Source of the DNA: Candidatus Falkowbacteria bacterium
GTDB taxonomy: Bacteria > Patescibacteriota > Patescibacteriia > Patescibacteriales > GWE2-39-37
DNA length: 64,000 nt
NCBI GenBank assembly: GCA_037137775.1
Contig: JBAXJQ010000001.1
Coordinates: 32,316-96,315 of the forward strand
Direction of reading: 5' to 3'
The notes under the pieces are model-generated. The model did no database searches. It had not been told where the DNA came from and saw only the letters and a list, made by a program, of their open reading frames with translations. Positions 48,466 through 57,635 of the stretch are shown here, in pieces (position 1 is the first letter of the stretch; the number at the start of each line of letters is the position of its first letter). The translations under genes and the position numbers were made by a program.

Positions 48466-49854
48466 GTGAACGAATACAAATTATTACTTAAATCAATTAC
48501 CCAGCCAACAGCTGATTTGCTAATATTAGAGCTGGTTAATCATGACAACAGTCCAGTTTTTAGTTATAAGCCGGGTCAATACGTGATGTTGTCGTATGTT
48601 AATGAGCAGGGTAAAAAAGAGGAAAAACATGCTTTTTCTATTGCCAGCTCACCAACCGAGAGTGGGGTTATTCGGTTAGGCATTCGGAAACAGGGAACAT
48701 TTACTCAAGGCTTAGCCAAGCTCAAGCCCGGTGCGCCTTTTGTTGTGTATGGTCCGTATGGTCATTTTTGTTTTAACGAAACCAAGCATCCCGATGTCGT
48801 TTTTTTTGCTGGCGGTATTGGCATTACGCCATTTTACAGTGCAATGCGTTACGCTACGGATAAGGGTTTGTCAAATAATTTGTCATTGGTTTATAGTAAT
48901 CGTACCTTAGCCGGTACTGCGTTTTATAATGAAATTAATAATTTAGCCAGTAACAATCCTCGATTACGAACATTGTTTTCCGTGACTGATGAGACATTGC
49001 CAGTAGCTGCACCAAATTTGTTAAATAAAAAAATCGATTTATTTATAACCAAAGATTTTATTGGCACAACGGTTGGTAAGACATTTTTCTTGTGCGGGCC
49101 AGCACCATTCATGGCTGGCATGAAAAAAAATCTGTTAGAACTCGGTGCGCTTGAGGAACAAATTTTAATGGAAGAGTTTTCCATGATTTCAACTCAGAGT
49201 TTTTTCTTAAAGATAAAATATCTCTCCACCGTGGCAGGCTATGGTGCTTTGGCATTGCTACTACCGTTGTATTTAATCTCGGCAGCTAGCGGTAAAAGCT
49301 TGTTTATTAAGCCAACTGCTGCAACCGCAGTTTTAAATCAAGCTCAGGACAACACCCAGCCCCCATTAAATAAATTGCCAGAGGCAGACGACAAAATTCC
49401 TTATAATGATCTGACAGACGATGATGAAAATAATAAAATTGAATTTGATCAGGCCGCTACTCAGCCAACTGCTGTTGCTGACTCGGTAAGTAATGGTTTG
49501 GTAGAACCAATAAAATATCAAGCTCCAGTTCCAGTAAAACCGGTTCAACCAACTGCCATAAAGAACTCGGTTGTTAAACAACCAGTAGCAGCACCCAAGC
49601 CGACCACCGCTGCATCAGTGGTAACTAAAACAACTCCAGCGCCTATTACTCCGACTACGCCAGCGCCCGTAACATCCGCCTCGGCACCAGCTGGCAGTGC
49701 TACCACGCCTTCGACAAATAATAATCCAACCGTTGCGCCAACACCAACAACCGGCGCCTCGACTGCAGCTACTGGTGGAACGGTTTCAAACCCAACAACA
49801 CCCACAACAAATACTGGTGGCAGTCGTCGAAATAGAGAAGATGATGATGATTAA
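48466..49854 (+). CDS. FNR-like FAD/NAD(P)-binding oxidoreductase domain, then one TM, then a Pro/Thr-rich low-complexity tail
   Basis: The FAD motif HAFSIASSP (RxYS-like), GPYG and the NAD motif FFAGGIGITP occupy roughly the first 240 aa. A TM helix LSTVAGYGALALLLPLYLISAAS follows, and then a PT-rich tail ending RRNREDDDD. A GTG start is used. Confidence 0.6.
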   Translation: MNEYKLLLKSITQPTADLLILELVNHDNSPVFSYKPGQYVMLSYVNEQGKKEEKHAFSIASSPTESGVIRLGIRKQGTFTQGLAKLKPGAPFVVYGPYGHFCFNETKHPDVVFFAGGIGITPFYSAMRYATDKGLSNNLSLVYSNRTLAGTAFYNEINNLASNNPRLRTLFSVTDETLPVAAPNLLNKKIDLFITKDFIGTTVGKTFFLCGPAPFMAGMKKNLLELGALEEQILMEEFSMISTQSFFLKIKYLSTVAGYGALALLLPLYLISAASGKSLFIKPTAATAVLNQAQDNTQPPLNKLPEADDKIPYNDLTDDDENNKIEFDQAATQPTAVADSVSNGLVEPIKYQAPVPVKPVQPTAIKNSVVKQPVAAPKPTTAASVVTKTTPAPITPTTPAPVTSASAPAGSATTPSTNNNPTVAPTPTTGASTAATGGTVSNPTTPTTNTGGSRRNREDDDD

Positions 49855-49863
49855 AAATAACCC

Positions 49864-50268
49864 ATGAAAAAATTTAAGATTATTAGTTTGCCGATTTTAT
49901 TGTTAGCAGTAGTTTTTAGCATAGGCGGCTATTATTGGGGTGCGCTCAGTCAGCGTTCTAAAGTTTATATTATCACAAGAAATGATCAAGTATCGACGAC
50001 TACGCCTACAAATCAGGTTGCGACAACTACCAACGTAAAGCCAGTTACAAGTGTTTCAGGCGTGGTTGCACCAGTTGTAACTAAACCGGCTCCCGTTCCA
50101 ACCGCTCCAAGTATAGTCAAGCCAAGTGCAACAAAACCAAACATCCCTGCCGTAAACCAGCCGGCCACAGTGAAGCCAACACCGACACCAACCCCTGCAC
50201 CAGTTGTTATGCCAGTTCCAGTCCCGACACCAACTCCTGCACCAGCACCTACTACAAAGGTTTCTTAG
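49864..50268 (+). CDS. Pro/Thr-rich small membrane-anchored protein
   Basis: Signal-anchor MKKFKIISLPILLLAVVFSIGG followed by a PT-rich, low-complexity extracellular region. Confidence 0.45.
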   Translation: MKKFKIISLPILLLAVVFSIGGYYWGALSQRSKVYIITRNDQVSTTTPTNQVATTTNVKPVTSVSGVVAPVVTKPAPVPTAPSIVKPSATKPNIPAVNQPATVKPTPTPTPAPVVMPVPVPTPTPAPAPTTKVS

Positions 50269-50272
50269 TCGT

Positions 50273-51220
50273 ATGGCAATGTTATGGAAAAAATTTGAGG
50301 CATTAGGCACAGAAATTATTATTACCGCCGACTTACGACCTGAACAGAAATATTTACTTGATAAGGCGCAAGCCAGTGTAGTGGAATTTGAGCAACGATT
50401 TAGTCGCTTTATTCCAGATAGCGAGCTTAACATGTTGAATAATTTTGCAGGCGGAGAATATCGCCTTAGCGCCCAATTTGCGGATTTACTTAAACACGCA
50501 CAAACGTTTTATCACGAAACCAACGGTTTATTCGATCCAGTAATAATTGATGTCTTAGAGGGAATTGGTTATGACCGAAATTTTTCCGATATTAATTCAC
50601 ATAATCTAACTAAACAACAGGTAGAAATTAAATGGCAGACAGCTAGTTCGATCTATGAACATCGTCCAAAAATGGATGAGTTAAAGATGAATGGGGAAGT
50701 AGCACTGGTGCCACCTGGTTTTAGATTAGATTTAGGTGGATTGGGTAAGGGCTACGTTGTAGATTTAATTGCCCGTGAAGTGTTTGCCGATATTAAAAAT
50801 TTTTGGATATCAGCTGGTGGCGATTTACTTGCCAATGGTAATGATGAACAGAAAAATGGCTGGCAGATTGGCGTGCAAAATCCATTAAAGCCAGAATCCG
50901 AAAGTTTTTACATCAACACCTTGGGTAAGCAGCTTGGCATTGCTACTTCTGGGGTAATTAAACGCAAGGGCGAGGCCGGTGGACTTGCATGGCACCATAT
51001 CATTGATCCACACACTGGTCGTCCGGCTATAGTTGATATCTTGTCCGTTAGTGTAGTCGCTCCATCGGCAGAGACAGCTGATGTATATGCTAAAACAATA
51101 TTATTGCTTGGCTCAAAGGCTGGAGTGGAATTTGCGGATCAACACGAGGGCGTGGGTTGTATTATATTTTTAACAGACGGTGCTCCGATTTTTTCACGGG
51201 GCATGGTCGCATATTTGTAA
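50273..51220 (+). CDS. apbE: FAD:protein FMN transferase (ApbE family)
   Basis: DLGGLGKGYVVD and WHHIIDPHTGRP are hallmark ApbE motifs. No obvious signal peptide is present. Confidence 0.8.
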   Translation: MAMLWKKFEALGTEIIITADLRPEQKYLLDKAQASVVEFEQRFSRFIPDSELNMLNNFAGGEYRLSAQFADLLKHAQTFYHETNGLFDPVIIDVLEGIGYDRNFSDINSHNLTKQQVEIKWQTASSIYEHRPKMDELKMNGEVALVPPGFRLDLGGLGKGYVVDLIAREVFADIKNFWISAGGDLLANGNDEQKNGWQIGVQNPLKPESESFYINTLGKQLGIATSGVIKRKGEAGGLAWHHIIDPHTGRPAIVDILSVSVVAPSAETADVYAKTILLLGSKAGVEFADQHEGVGCIIFLTDGAPIFSRGMVAYL

Positions 51221-51225
51221 ATTAT

Positions 51226-51942
51226 ATGGAACGAATTATAAAAATTATTTTGATTTTGGCAGTAGTAACCACTATTGGGTATGTCTTGGGGGTAGGCACA
51301 AATACGAGTGAAGTACGAGTTAAAGATGCACAAGGAAATGTTCAAGTAATAAAGCCAGCCGCGACAAGCGAACTTGCAGCGCTTAATCCAGGATATGTTT
51401 CACAGCTTCCGTGGTTTATTTCTCGTTCATCTGCTTTAGCTGCGTACATTTTGTTATTTGCCATCGTAATTTGGGGCATGGGCATGACCGTTGGTTGGAC
51501 ATACAAAATTTTTGATCCAGCACGAGCCTGGCAACTACATCAAGACATGAGTCTTTCTTTTGCGGTTTTAGTAGTAGTACACGCCTTTTCATTGTTATTC
51601 GATCATTTTATAAATTTTACCATTCTGGATATTTTGATTCCGTTTTTTTCCAAATTTAACACCATCTTTTTAAGCTTGGGTATAATTGGATTCTATTTAC
51701 TTGTTGCCATTGTGGTAATTTCAGTATTCTTGCGACTTAAGATGCCACGTTTGTGGCGCCTGAATCACTATTCAACCTTTTTGTTATTTATTTTTGCTAC
51801 TTTACATGGGTTTAACATGGGTACGGATTCGTCTACGATGATTATGAAAATTGTCTACCCAGTTGCTGCTATTGTGTTTTTATTAGTTGCCACATATCGC
51901 TTTATTATTTATCCTCTGAGTGTAAAAAAGAAAATCGGCTAA
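51226..51942 (+). CDS. Ferric-reductase-like transmembrane (FRD) domain protein with bis-heme His pairs (MsrQ/NOX TM-domain-like)
   Basis: Six TM helices carry H-x13-H (HQDMSLSFAVLVVVH) and H-x12-H (HYSTFLLFIFATLH) pairs, as in FRD/NOX helices 3 and 5. No FAD/NAD domain is attached. Confidence 0.7.
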   Translation: MERIIKIILILAVVTTIGYVLGVGTNTSEVRVKDAQGNVQVIKPAATSELAALNPGYVSQLPWFISRSSALAAYILLFAIVIWGMGMTVGWTYKIFDPARAWQLHQDMSLSFAVLVVVHAFSLLFDHFINFTILDILIPFFSKFNTIFLSLGIIGFYLLVAIVVISVFLRLKMPRLWRLNHYSTFLLFIFATLHGFNMGTDSSTMIMKIVYPVAAIVFLLVATYRFIIYPLSVKKKIG

Positions 51943-51956
51943 AGTTTCGACATTTT

Positions 51957-52000
51957 AAAACGAATTTGTCAATTAAAAAAAGGCAAATTCGTTTTATTTT
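51957..52000 (+). terminator. Rho-independent terminator after the FRD gene
   Basis: Hairpin aaaacgaatttg...caaattcgtttt followed by ATTTT. Confidence 0.6.
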
Positions 52001-52025
52001 AACTAATATTAAACAAAAATGTATA

Positions 52026-52054
52026 TTGACTAAATCATTGTGATTTGGTAATAT
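52026..52054 (+). promoter_or_regulatory. Promoter for rnpB (TTGACT, 17-nt spacer, TAATAT)
   Basis: Consensus-like -35 and -10 boxes about 30 nt upstream of the P1 stem. Confidence 0.5.
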
Positions 52055-52086
52055 TATGTAAGTTAGTAATTTGCCAAAATAGATAT

Positions 52087-52487
52087 TTCTAGGTCAAACA
52101 GGCGGCTGCTCGGGGCAAAAAATATGCCTCGGGAGGAAAGTCCGGACTCCAACAAAATGATGGTGGCTAACGGCCACGAGGAGTAATCCTACGGAAAGTG
52201 CCACAGAGACAATACTAGCTTCGAGTTAATCGAAGTGAAAGGTGAAAAGTTTCAAGAGGTTTTCGTTCTATTGGCTAGCCGTTTAACGAAGGCTACTTGA
52301 TTCGCTCCCATGTGAGTGGGATGCGTGGTAAACCCCATCTGGAGCAAGAGCAAACCTATAGGTTGTTGCATAAGCAATACGCTATAGATGAAAAGTGGCT
52401 CGCTTGAAGCGATTGGTAACAATCGTTCCAGATAGATAGTCGTCCTCTTAATTAAGAGACAGAATCCGGCTTACGGTTGGCCTAGAA
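52087..52487 (+). ncRNA. rnpB: RNase P RNA (bacterial rnpB)
   Basis: P4 strand GGGAGGAAAGTCCGGACTCC, the GTGCCACAGAGACAA region and the 3' ACAGAATCCGGCTTACGG are all conserved. P1 pairing is ttctaggtcaaac with ggttggcctagaa. Confidence 0.85.
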
Positions 52488-52515
52488 ATATCTGCATTGG
52501 TAAAATAAATAAATT

Positions 52516-53931
52516 ATGAAGCGATCAGAATTATTTTTTTCTTTTCTTTTGGTGCCGCTCGACTTCGCTATGATTGTCTTGGCTGGAATTTCAGCCTATA
52601 ATTTGCGTTTTGCGCAAATAGCCACGGAAATCCGTCCAGTTATTTTTAATTTGCGTTTCGGTGACTATATTCAAATTTTACTCGGCATTGCGATTGCTTG
52701 GCTTTTTATTTTTGCGTTTGCTGGGTTATATCGCATTCGGGGAAATAAAAGCTTGGTTAACGAATTTTATTCGATTGTTCAAGCTAGCTCTACTGGCTTG
52801 GTGTTAATCGTTTTATTAATTTTCTTTTTTCGCGAGTTATTTTCCTCGCGATTTATTGTATTAGCCGGCTATGTTTTGGCCATGTTGTATATTTTAATTG
52901 CTCGATTGATTGTTCGTTTAATCCAACGCATTTTATATAATCACAATATTGGGGTACGTAAAGTTGTTATTGTGGGTAATGGCAAAACGGCAGATATTTT
53001 AATTGCGTATTTTTCTAGTCGCAAAGTTGCTGGCTATGAAGTTTTTAAGCGTTTGCGTGATTTTAGTTTGGAAACGGCGCAAGAGTTGGCAAAAATGCTT
53101 GAAACGAAAGAGGCGGACGAGATAATTCAATGCGATCCAAATTTATCTAAAGCTGAGGTGGTTCGATTGTTTGATTTTGCTTACGAACACCATTTGAGTT
53201 TTAAATACGCTGCTGACCTACTTGATGCCAAGGTGTTAAAGACAGAGGTGACAGAGGTGGTGGGCATTCCAATAGTAGAGGTAGAACGAACATCGCTAGA
53301 GGGTTGGGGGCGCATTATTAAACGCATTTTTGATATTATTGGTTCAAGCTTAATCATTATTATAATTAGTCCAATATTACTAGTCACTGCTATGTTAATT
53401 AAGCTGGACTCTAGAGGGCCGGTGTTTTTTAATAAGCGTGATGATGGTACGCCAGTTTATCGAGTCGGGCAGGGTGGCAGGTTGTTTAAATATTTTAAAT
53501 TTCGTTCGATGCGCCCTGGAACTGACAATATGCGTTACGCAGAGTTGGCTGGTCAAAATTTACGCAGTGATGGGCCGATGGTAAAAATTAAGGACGACCC
53601 GAGAGTAACTCGCGTGGGGAGATTTATTAGACGATTTAGTATTGATGAACTAGCGGAGCTGTTTTTGGTGCTAAAGGGCGACATGAGCCTAGTTGGTCCT
53701 CGACCACATTTGCCAGAGGAAGTTGCTAAATACGAGCAATCTCACAAAAAAGTGTTAACCATTAAGCCAGGGATAACTGGTTTGGCTCAGGTTTCTGGTC
53801 GCAGTGATTTAACGTTTGAAGAAGAAGTAAAGCTCGATACCTATTATATTGAAAATTGGAGTTTATTATTAGACTTATCAATCATGTTGCAAACCCCGAT
53901 GGCCGTACTAAAAAATCGTCAAGCTGAATAG
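52516..53931 (+). CDS. Polyprenyl-phosphate glycosyl-1-phosphate transferase (bacterial sugar transferase, WbaP/PglB-like with a CoA-binding-like domain)
   Basis: N-terminal TM helices, a Rossmann-like central domain and the C-terminal sugar-transferase motifs GPVFFNKRD...FKFRSM...SLVGPRPHLPEE. Confidence 0.8.
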   Translation: MKRSELFFSFLLVPLDFAMIVLAGISAYNLRFAQIATEIRPVIFNLRFGDYIQILLGIAIAWLFIFAFAGLYRIRGNKSLVNEFYSIVQASSTGLVLIVLLIFFFRELFSSRFIVLAGYVLAMLYILIARLIVRLIQRILYNHNIGVRKVVIVGNGKTADILIAYFSSRKVAGYEVFKRLRDFSLETAQELAKMLETKEADEIIQCDPNLSKAEVVRLFDFAYEHHLSFKYAADLLDAKVLKTEVTEVVGIPIVEVERTSLEGWGRIIKRIFDIIGSSLIIIIISPILLVTAMLIKLDSRGPVFFNKRDDGTPVYRVGQGGRLFKYFKFRSMRPGTDNMRYAELAGQNLRSDGPMVKIKDDPRVTRVGRFIRRFSIDELAELFLVLKGDMSLVGPRPHLPEEVAKYEQSHKKVLTIKPGITGLAQVSGRSDLTFEEEVKLDTYYIENWSLLLDLSIMLQTPMAVLKNRQAE

Positions 53932-53934
53932 CCT

Positions 53935-55053
53935 ATGAAAGTTGCCTTAGTTCATGATCACTTAGCTCAAGATGGTGGCGCGGAAAAAGTATTAAAGGTT
54001 CTAACCGAGCTTTTTCCTGACGCACCGATTTATACGCTATTGTTCGAGCCCAAGAATGTCAGTAAAAATTTTAAGAACAAGGATATTCGGACATCGATTA
54101 TCCAGCGTTTGCCGGGAGGCATAAAACATTATCGATGGTATTTGCCACTCATGCCCATAGCGGTAGAGTTTTTTGATTTGCGAGATTACGACGTGGTCAT
54201 CTCGGATGCCAGCGCATTCGCCAAGGGTGTAATTACCACTTCGGAAACACTTCATATTTGTTATTGCCATACCCCTACACGGTATCTCTGGAGTGATTCT
54301 CACCAATATTTGAATGAGCTTAGCTATAATAAATATTTTAAAAAAATTATCGCGCTTTTGTTAAGTAATTTACGGCTTTGGGATCGAGCTGCAGCAGATC
54401 GGGTTGATACGTTTATTGCTAATTCCAACTTCATCGCTCGTCGCATCACAAAGTATTATAAGCGTGATTCACAGATTATATATCCGCCAGTTGATGTTGA
54501 TCGTTTTGGCATTTCAAAAGAAATTGGTGATTTTTATTTGATTGGTGGTCGGATTGTACCATATAAGCGAATTGATATTACCGTGGAAGCATTTAAAAAA
54601 TGGGGCAAGAAGTTGGTGGTATTTGGTGATGGGGTAGATTTACCTCGCTTAAAGAAAATTGCTGCTGGTGCACCTAATATCGAATTTGTTGGTCGGGTTG
54701 ACGATGCCACGCAAGCGGCACTGTATCAAAAGTGTTTGGCCTTTATTCATCCGCAAGAAGAGGACTTTGGTATTACTGCGGTTGAGGCCATGGCGTCTGG
54801 ACGGCCTGTTGTTGCCTATGGCCGGGGTGGGATACTGGAAATTGTAGCCAATCATAAGACGGGGGTGTTTTTTCACGAACAAACGGCTGACGGGTTACTT
54901 CGCGTCTTAGAGCGTTTTAATCCATTGGCATTTGACCCCAACGTTATTCGCGCCAAGGCCGAGTCATTTTCACGGGAGCGGTTTCGTCAGGAATTAAAAC
55001 ATTTTATCGAGCAAGAATATTGTCGCTTTACTCAAGGTAAGTGTGATTTTTAA
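53935..55053 (+). CDS. Family 4 glycosyltransferase
   Basis: GT-B fold with the EEDFGITAVEAMASGRPVVAYGRGG (E-x7-E) motif. Confidence 0.8.
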   Translation: MKVALVHDHLAQDGGAEKVLKVLTELFPDAPIYTLLFEPKNVSKNFKNKDIRTSIIQRLPGGIKHYRWYLPLMPIAVEFFDLRDYDVVISDASAFAKGVITTSETLHICYCHTPTRYLWSDSHQYLNELSYNKYFKKIIALLLSNLRLWDRAAADRVDTFIANSNFIARRITKYYKRDSQIIYPPVDVDRFGISKEIGDFYLIGGRIVPYKRIDITVEAFKKWGKKLVVFGDGVDLPRLKKIAAGAPNIEFVGRVDDATQAALYQKCLAFIHPQEEDFGITAVEAMASGRPVVAYGRGGILEIVANHKTGVFFHEQTADGLLRVLERFNPLAFDPNVIRAKAESFSRERFRQELKHFIEQEYCRFTQGKCDF

Positions 55054-55055
55054 TT

Positions 55056-56213
55056 ATGCGTATTGGCATCGATGCCACGCCCTTGCTAGATAAGCAATAT
55101 AGTGGCGTGTCAGAATTAACGTATCAATTGCTCAAAAATATTATTCCACAAGATCAGGACAATACCTATGTCCTGTTTTGTAATTCAAGACACAAATTGC
55201 CCGTAAATTTTAATGAATTGACTCGACTAGGTGCAAAAGTTGAAACAACACACTATCCTAGTAAAGTATTTAATTATATTTTACAAAAACGTCTGGGGTA
55301 TCCCAAATTAGACAAGAGAACTAACGCTGATATTTTTTATTCGCCACATTTTAATTTCGGTGCAATTTTGAAGGCCACTCCAGCGATAATGACCGTGCAT
55401 GACGTCTCATTTTTGCATTATCCGGAATTTTTTTCTTGGCGTAAAAATGTATGGCATCGTCAACTTGATATTATTCCCTTACTGCAAAAACAAAACAGGC
55501 TAGTAGCAGTTAGTGAACAAACCAAGCAAGATGTGATTCGAATGTGTCAGATTGATGCGGAAAAAATTTCCGTTGTGTATCCTGGTATTAATTCGTTGTA
55601 TCTAAATAATGCGACAAGTCAAAATGACAAAGACGCAATTGTTGAAAAATATCATTTGCCCAAAAAGTTTATTTATACATTAGGCACCATTGAGCCTCGT
55701 AAAAATATTGATGGTTTAATTCTGGCATATGAAGCACTGCGAGAAAAATACCAAGATTTAAGTGAATATCATTTAGTGATCGCTGGAGCCTCTGGTTGGA
55801 AAAATAGCGCGATTTATCAAACATGGGAAAAATCAAAATTTAAAAATCAAATTCATTTTTTAGGCTATGTGCCGCTTGAAGACAAGCTTGGCTTGTACCA
55901 GCTTGCTACCATTTTTGTTTATCTTTCATATTATGAGGGGTTTGGCTTCCCACCACTCGAAGCGATGGCCTCTGGCACGCCAGTGGTTTCTAGTTATGCT
56001 GGTAGCTTGGCAGAGGTCTTAGCAGACGCAGCATTATTAGTTGATCCCTATAATCATTTAGACGCAACCGAAGCCATGGCAACCATGCTTCAATCCGAAT
56101 CGGTGCGTCAAATCTATATTGAGCGAGGCTTAAATCAAGCCAAGCAATTTAACTGGAAAAATACTGCTCTAAAATATTTAGAGATTTTTAAGACTGCTAA
56201 AAAGATTAAATAA
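55056..56213 (+). CDS. Family 4 glycosyltransferase
   Basis: YEGFGFPPLEAMASGTPVVSS motif and a GT-B fold. Confidence 0.8.
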   Translation: MRIGIDATPLLDKQYSGVSELTYQLLKNIIPQDQDNTYVLFCNSRHKLPVNFNELTRLGAKVETTHYPSKVFNYILQKRLGYPKLDKRTNADIFYSPHFNFGAILKATPAIMTVHDVSFLHYPEFFSWRKNVWHRQLDIIPLLQKQNRLVAVSEQTKQDVIRMCQIDAEKISVVYPGINSLYLNNATSQNDKDAIVEKYHLPKKFIYTLGTIEPRKNIDGLILAYEALREKYQDLSEYHLVIAGASGWKNSAIYQTWEKSKFKNQIHFLGYVPLEDKLGLYQLATIFVYLSYYEGFGFPPLEAMASGTPVVSSYAGSLAEVLADAALLVDPYNHLDATEAMATMLQSESVRQIYIERGLNQAKQFNWKNTALKYLEIFKTAKKIK

Positions 56214-56892
56214 TTTTAGTGCCAATAAATTTTTGACTGGTTAAGCATTTACGCAGATTAGCATAATTTTTTCCATCAAGAATATCAACTTCCAGACCTA
56301 GTTTGTGGGCTAGTTTGCTCGCTACTGGATCAAAAGGAGCATTGGCTCCAGGTGACCATTTTTCGGGCAAAAGTTTGCGAAATTCAGGCCAGTTGATTTT
56401 AGTAATCGGGTGAGCATTTTTATATTTAGCCGGGTCTTTATCATAAACACAGGTGATGTTTGATAGGTTCAATATTCGCTTTGCCTTGAGTTGTTTTGCA
56501 ATTAAGACGGCAACATAATCCGTACTCCGACCAGGCTTCCAGCCCGCGGCTATTAAAATTGATTCCGAAAAATGAATTTTTTCTAGCGGATGTGTAATAA
56601 TTTTAGGATTTGCACTTTGATAAAAAATAGTGCGGAGTAAGTGCGCATTTAATCGAGTGCTGTGAATTCCAAGCCAGTCAAGATCCTCGTCAGTTAATTT
56701 AATAACGCTTTTGGCAGCAGATTGATAATATCGACAGGTTTTGCCGCCGCCACAAATTAACACAAATCGTTCGCCCTTGGTAGTTAAATTATCAATGACC
56801 CGTTTAAAGCTTTTTAAAAACGCGACATCAATCTGATCTGGCACAATCAAAGAGCCACCCAGTGAAATTATTGTTATATTATTGTTATTCAT
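56206..56892 (-). CDS. pyrH: Amino-acid-kinase-family protein, probable archaeal-type UMP kinase
   Basis: IISLGGSLI and LICGGGKTCRYY resemble archaeal-type UMPK glycine motifs. Its 3' end is convergent with the upstream GT4 gene and overlaps it by 8 nt. Confidence 0.5.
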   Translation of the reverse strand: MNNNNITIISLGGSLIVPDQIDVAFLKSFKRVIDNLTTKGERFVLICGGGKTCRYYQSAAKSVIKLTDEDLDWLGIHSTRLNAHLLRTIFYQSANPKIITHPLEKIHFSESILIAAGWKPGRSTDYVAVLIAKQLKAKRILNLSNITCVYDKDPAKYKNAHPITKINWPEFRKLLPEKWSPGANAPFDPVASKLAHKLGLEVDILDGKNYANLRKCLTSQKFIGTKII

Positions 56893-56900
56893 AATGCTAT

Positions 56901-56926
56901 TAAAAAAAAGAGCCTTTCGGCTCTTT
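56901..56926 (-). terminator. Rho-independent terminator after sodA, read on the minus strand
   Basis: Hairpin AAGAGCC-tttc-GGCTCTT with an adjacent 8-nt T-run on the minus strand. It lies only 8 nt before the pyrH start. Confidence 0.55.
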
Positions 56927-56932
56927 TTGGAA

Positions 56933-57511
56933 TTATAAACGATTACTGACTGCTTGCCAGTTAATGGCTGCCATAAAGGCGTCTAAATAATCAGCTCGCT
57001 TAAGTCCGTAGTCGACCATGAAGGCATGTTCAAACACATCCATGATTAAGAGTGGTTTCGCGCCGGCTAAATGCCCACCATCATGCTCGTTAATCCAGGT
57101 ATTAGTTAAGGTGTCTGTGCTTTCGTCGTAATAGAGTATTACCCAACCAATGCCACGTATAGTACCGGTGGCCTTGAACTGTGCTTGCCAGTTTTCAATC
57201 GAACCAAACTGAGCAATGATTTTTTGACCAAGGTTTGAGTTAGTATCTAGTGGGGCAGGGGTTTTGGTGAGATTACTAAAATAAAGTTCATGCAGTCGGA
57301 CACCGTTCCATTCCCAGCCGAACCGGCGTTTTAGTTCAGCGAAGTGTGGTGTGGCAGTCTGGCCATCACTAGCCAGTTGCGCTAATTCGTCACTAACTTT
57401 GTTGGTATTGGTAACATAACCTTGATACAGCGTGAAATGATTGGTTAATAATTGATCAGAGAATCCAGGTAGACCAATCAGCGCCTGAAAATCTTGTGCT
57501 TGGTATGACAT
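56933..57511 (-). CDS. sodA: Fe/Mn superoxide dismutase
   Basis: DVFEHAFMVDY matches the DVWEHAYY motif. Metal-ligand His and Asp contexts and the NNH..YW-like N-terminus are present. Confidence 0.9.
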   Translation of the reverse strand: MSYQAQDFQALIGLPGFSDQLLTNHFTLYQGYVTNTNKVSDELAQLASDGQTATPHFAELKRRFGWEWNGVRLHELYFSNLTKTPAPLDTNSNLGQKIIAQFGSIENWQAQFKATGTIRGIGWVILYYDESTDTLTNTWINEHDGGHLAGAKPLLIMDVFEHAFMVDYGLKRADYLDAFMAAINWQAVSNRL

Positions 57512-57635
57512 ATTATTGAAATTAATTATTTAGTCCCCTTATTTTATCACCAAAACGTGCAAATCGTCAATCTTTACGCTTTTGCAATAAATCTTGTTTT
57601 TTATCAAAAATTAGGCTATTATTTAAACAAATCAT

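Noticed and set aside
49300-50268. Short periodic ACC/CCA-rich repeats that could be mistaken for a tandem-repeat or CRISPR-like array
   Set aside because: They are in-frame codon repeats encoding Pro/Thr-rich linkers. There are no spacer/repeat units of constant length and no cas genes.
49545-50433. Minus-strand ORFs of 86 and 125 aa rich in Gly/Val/Ala and Cys/Trp/Arg
   Set aside because: They are antisense frames of the Pro/Thr-rich low-complexity coding regions. Composition-driven open frames of this kind arise readily there.
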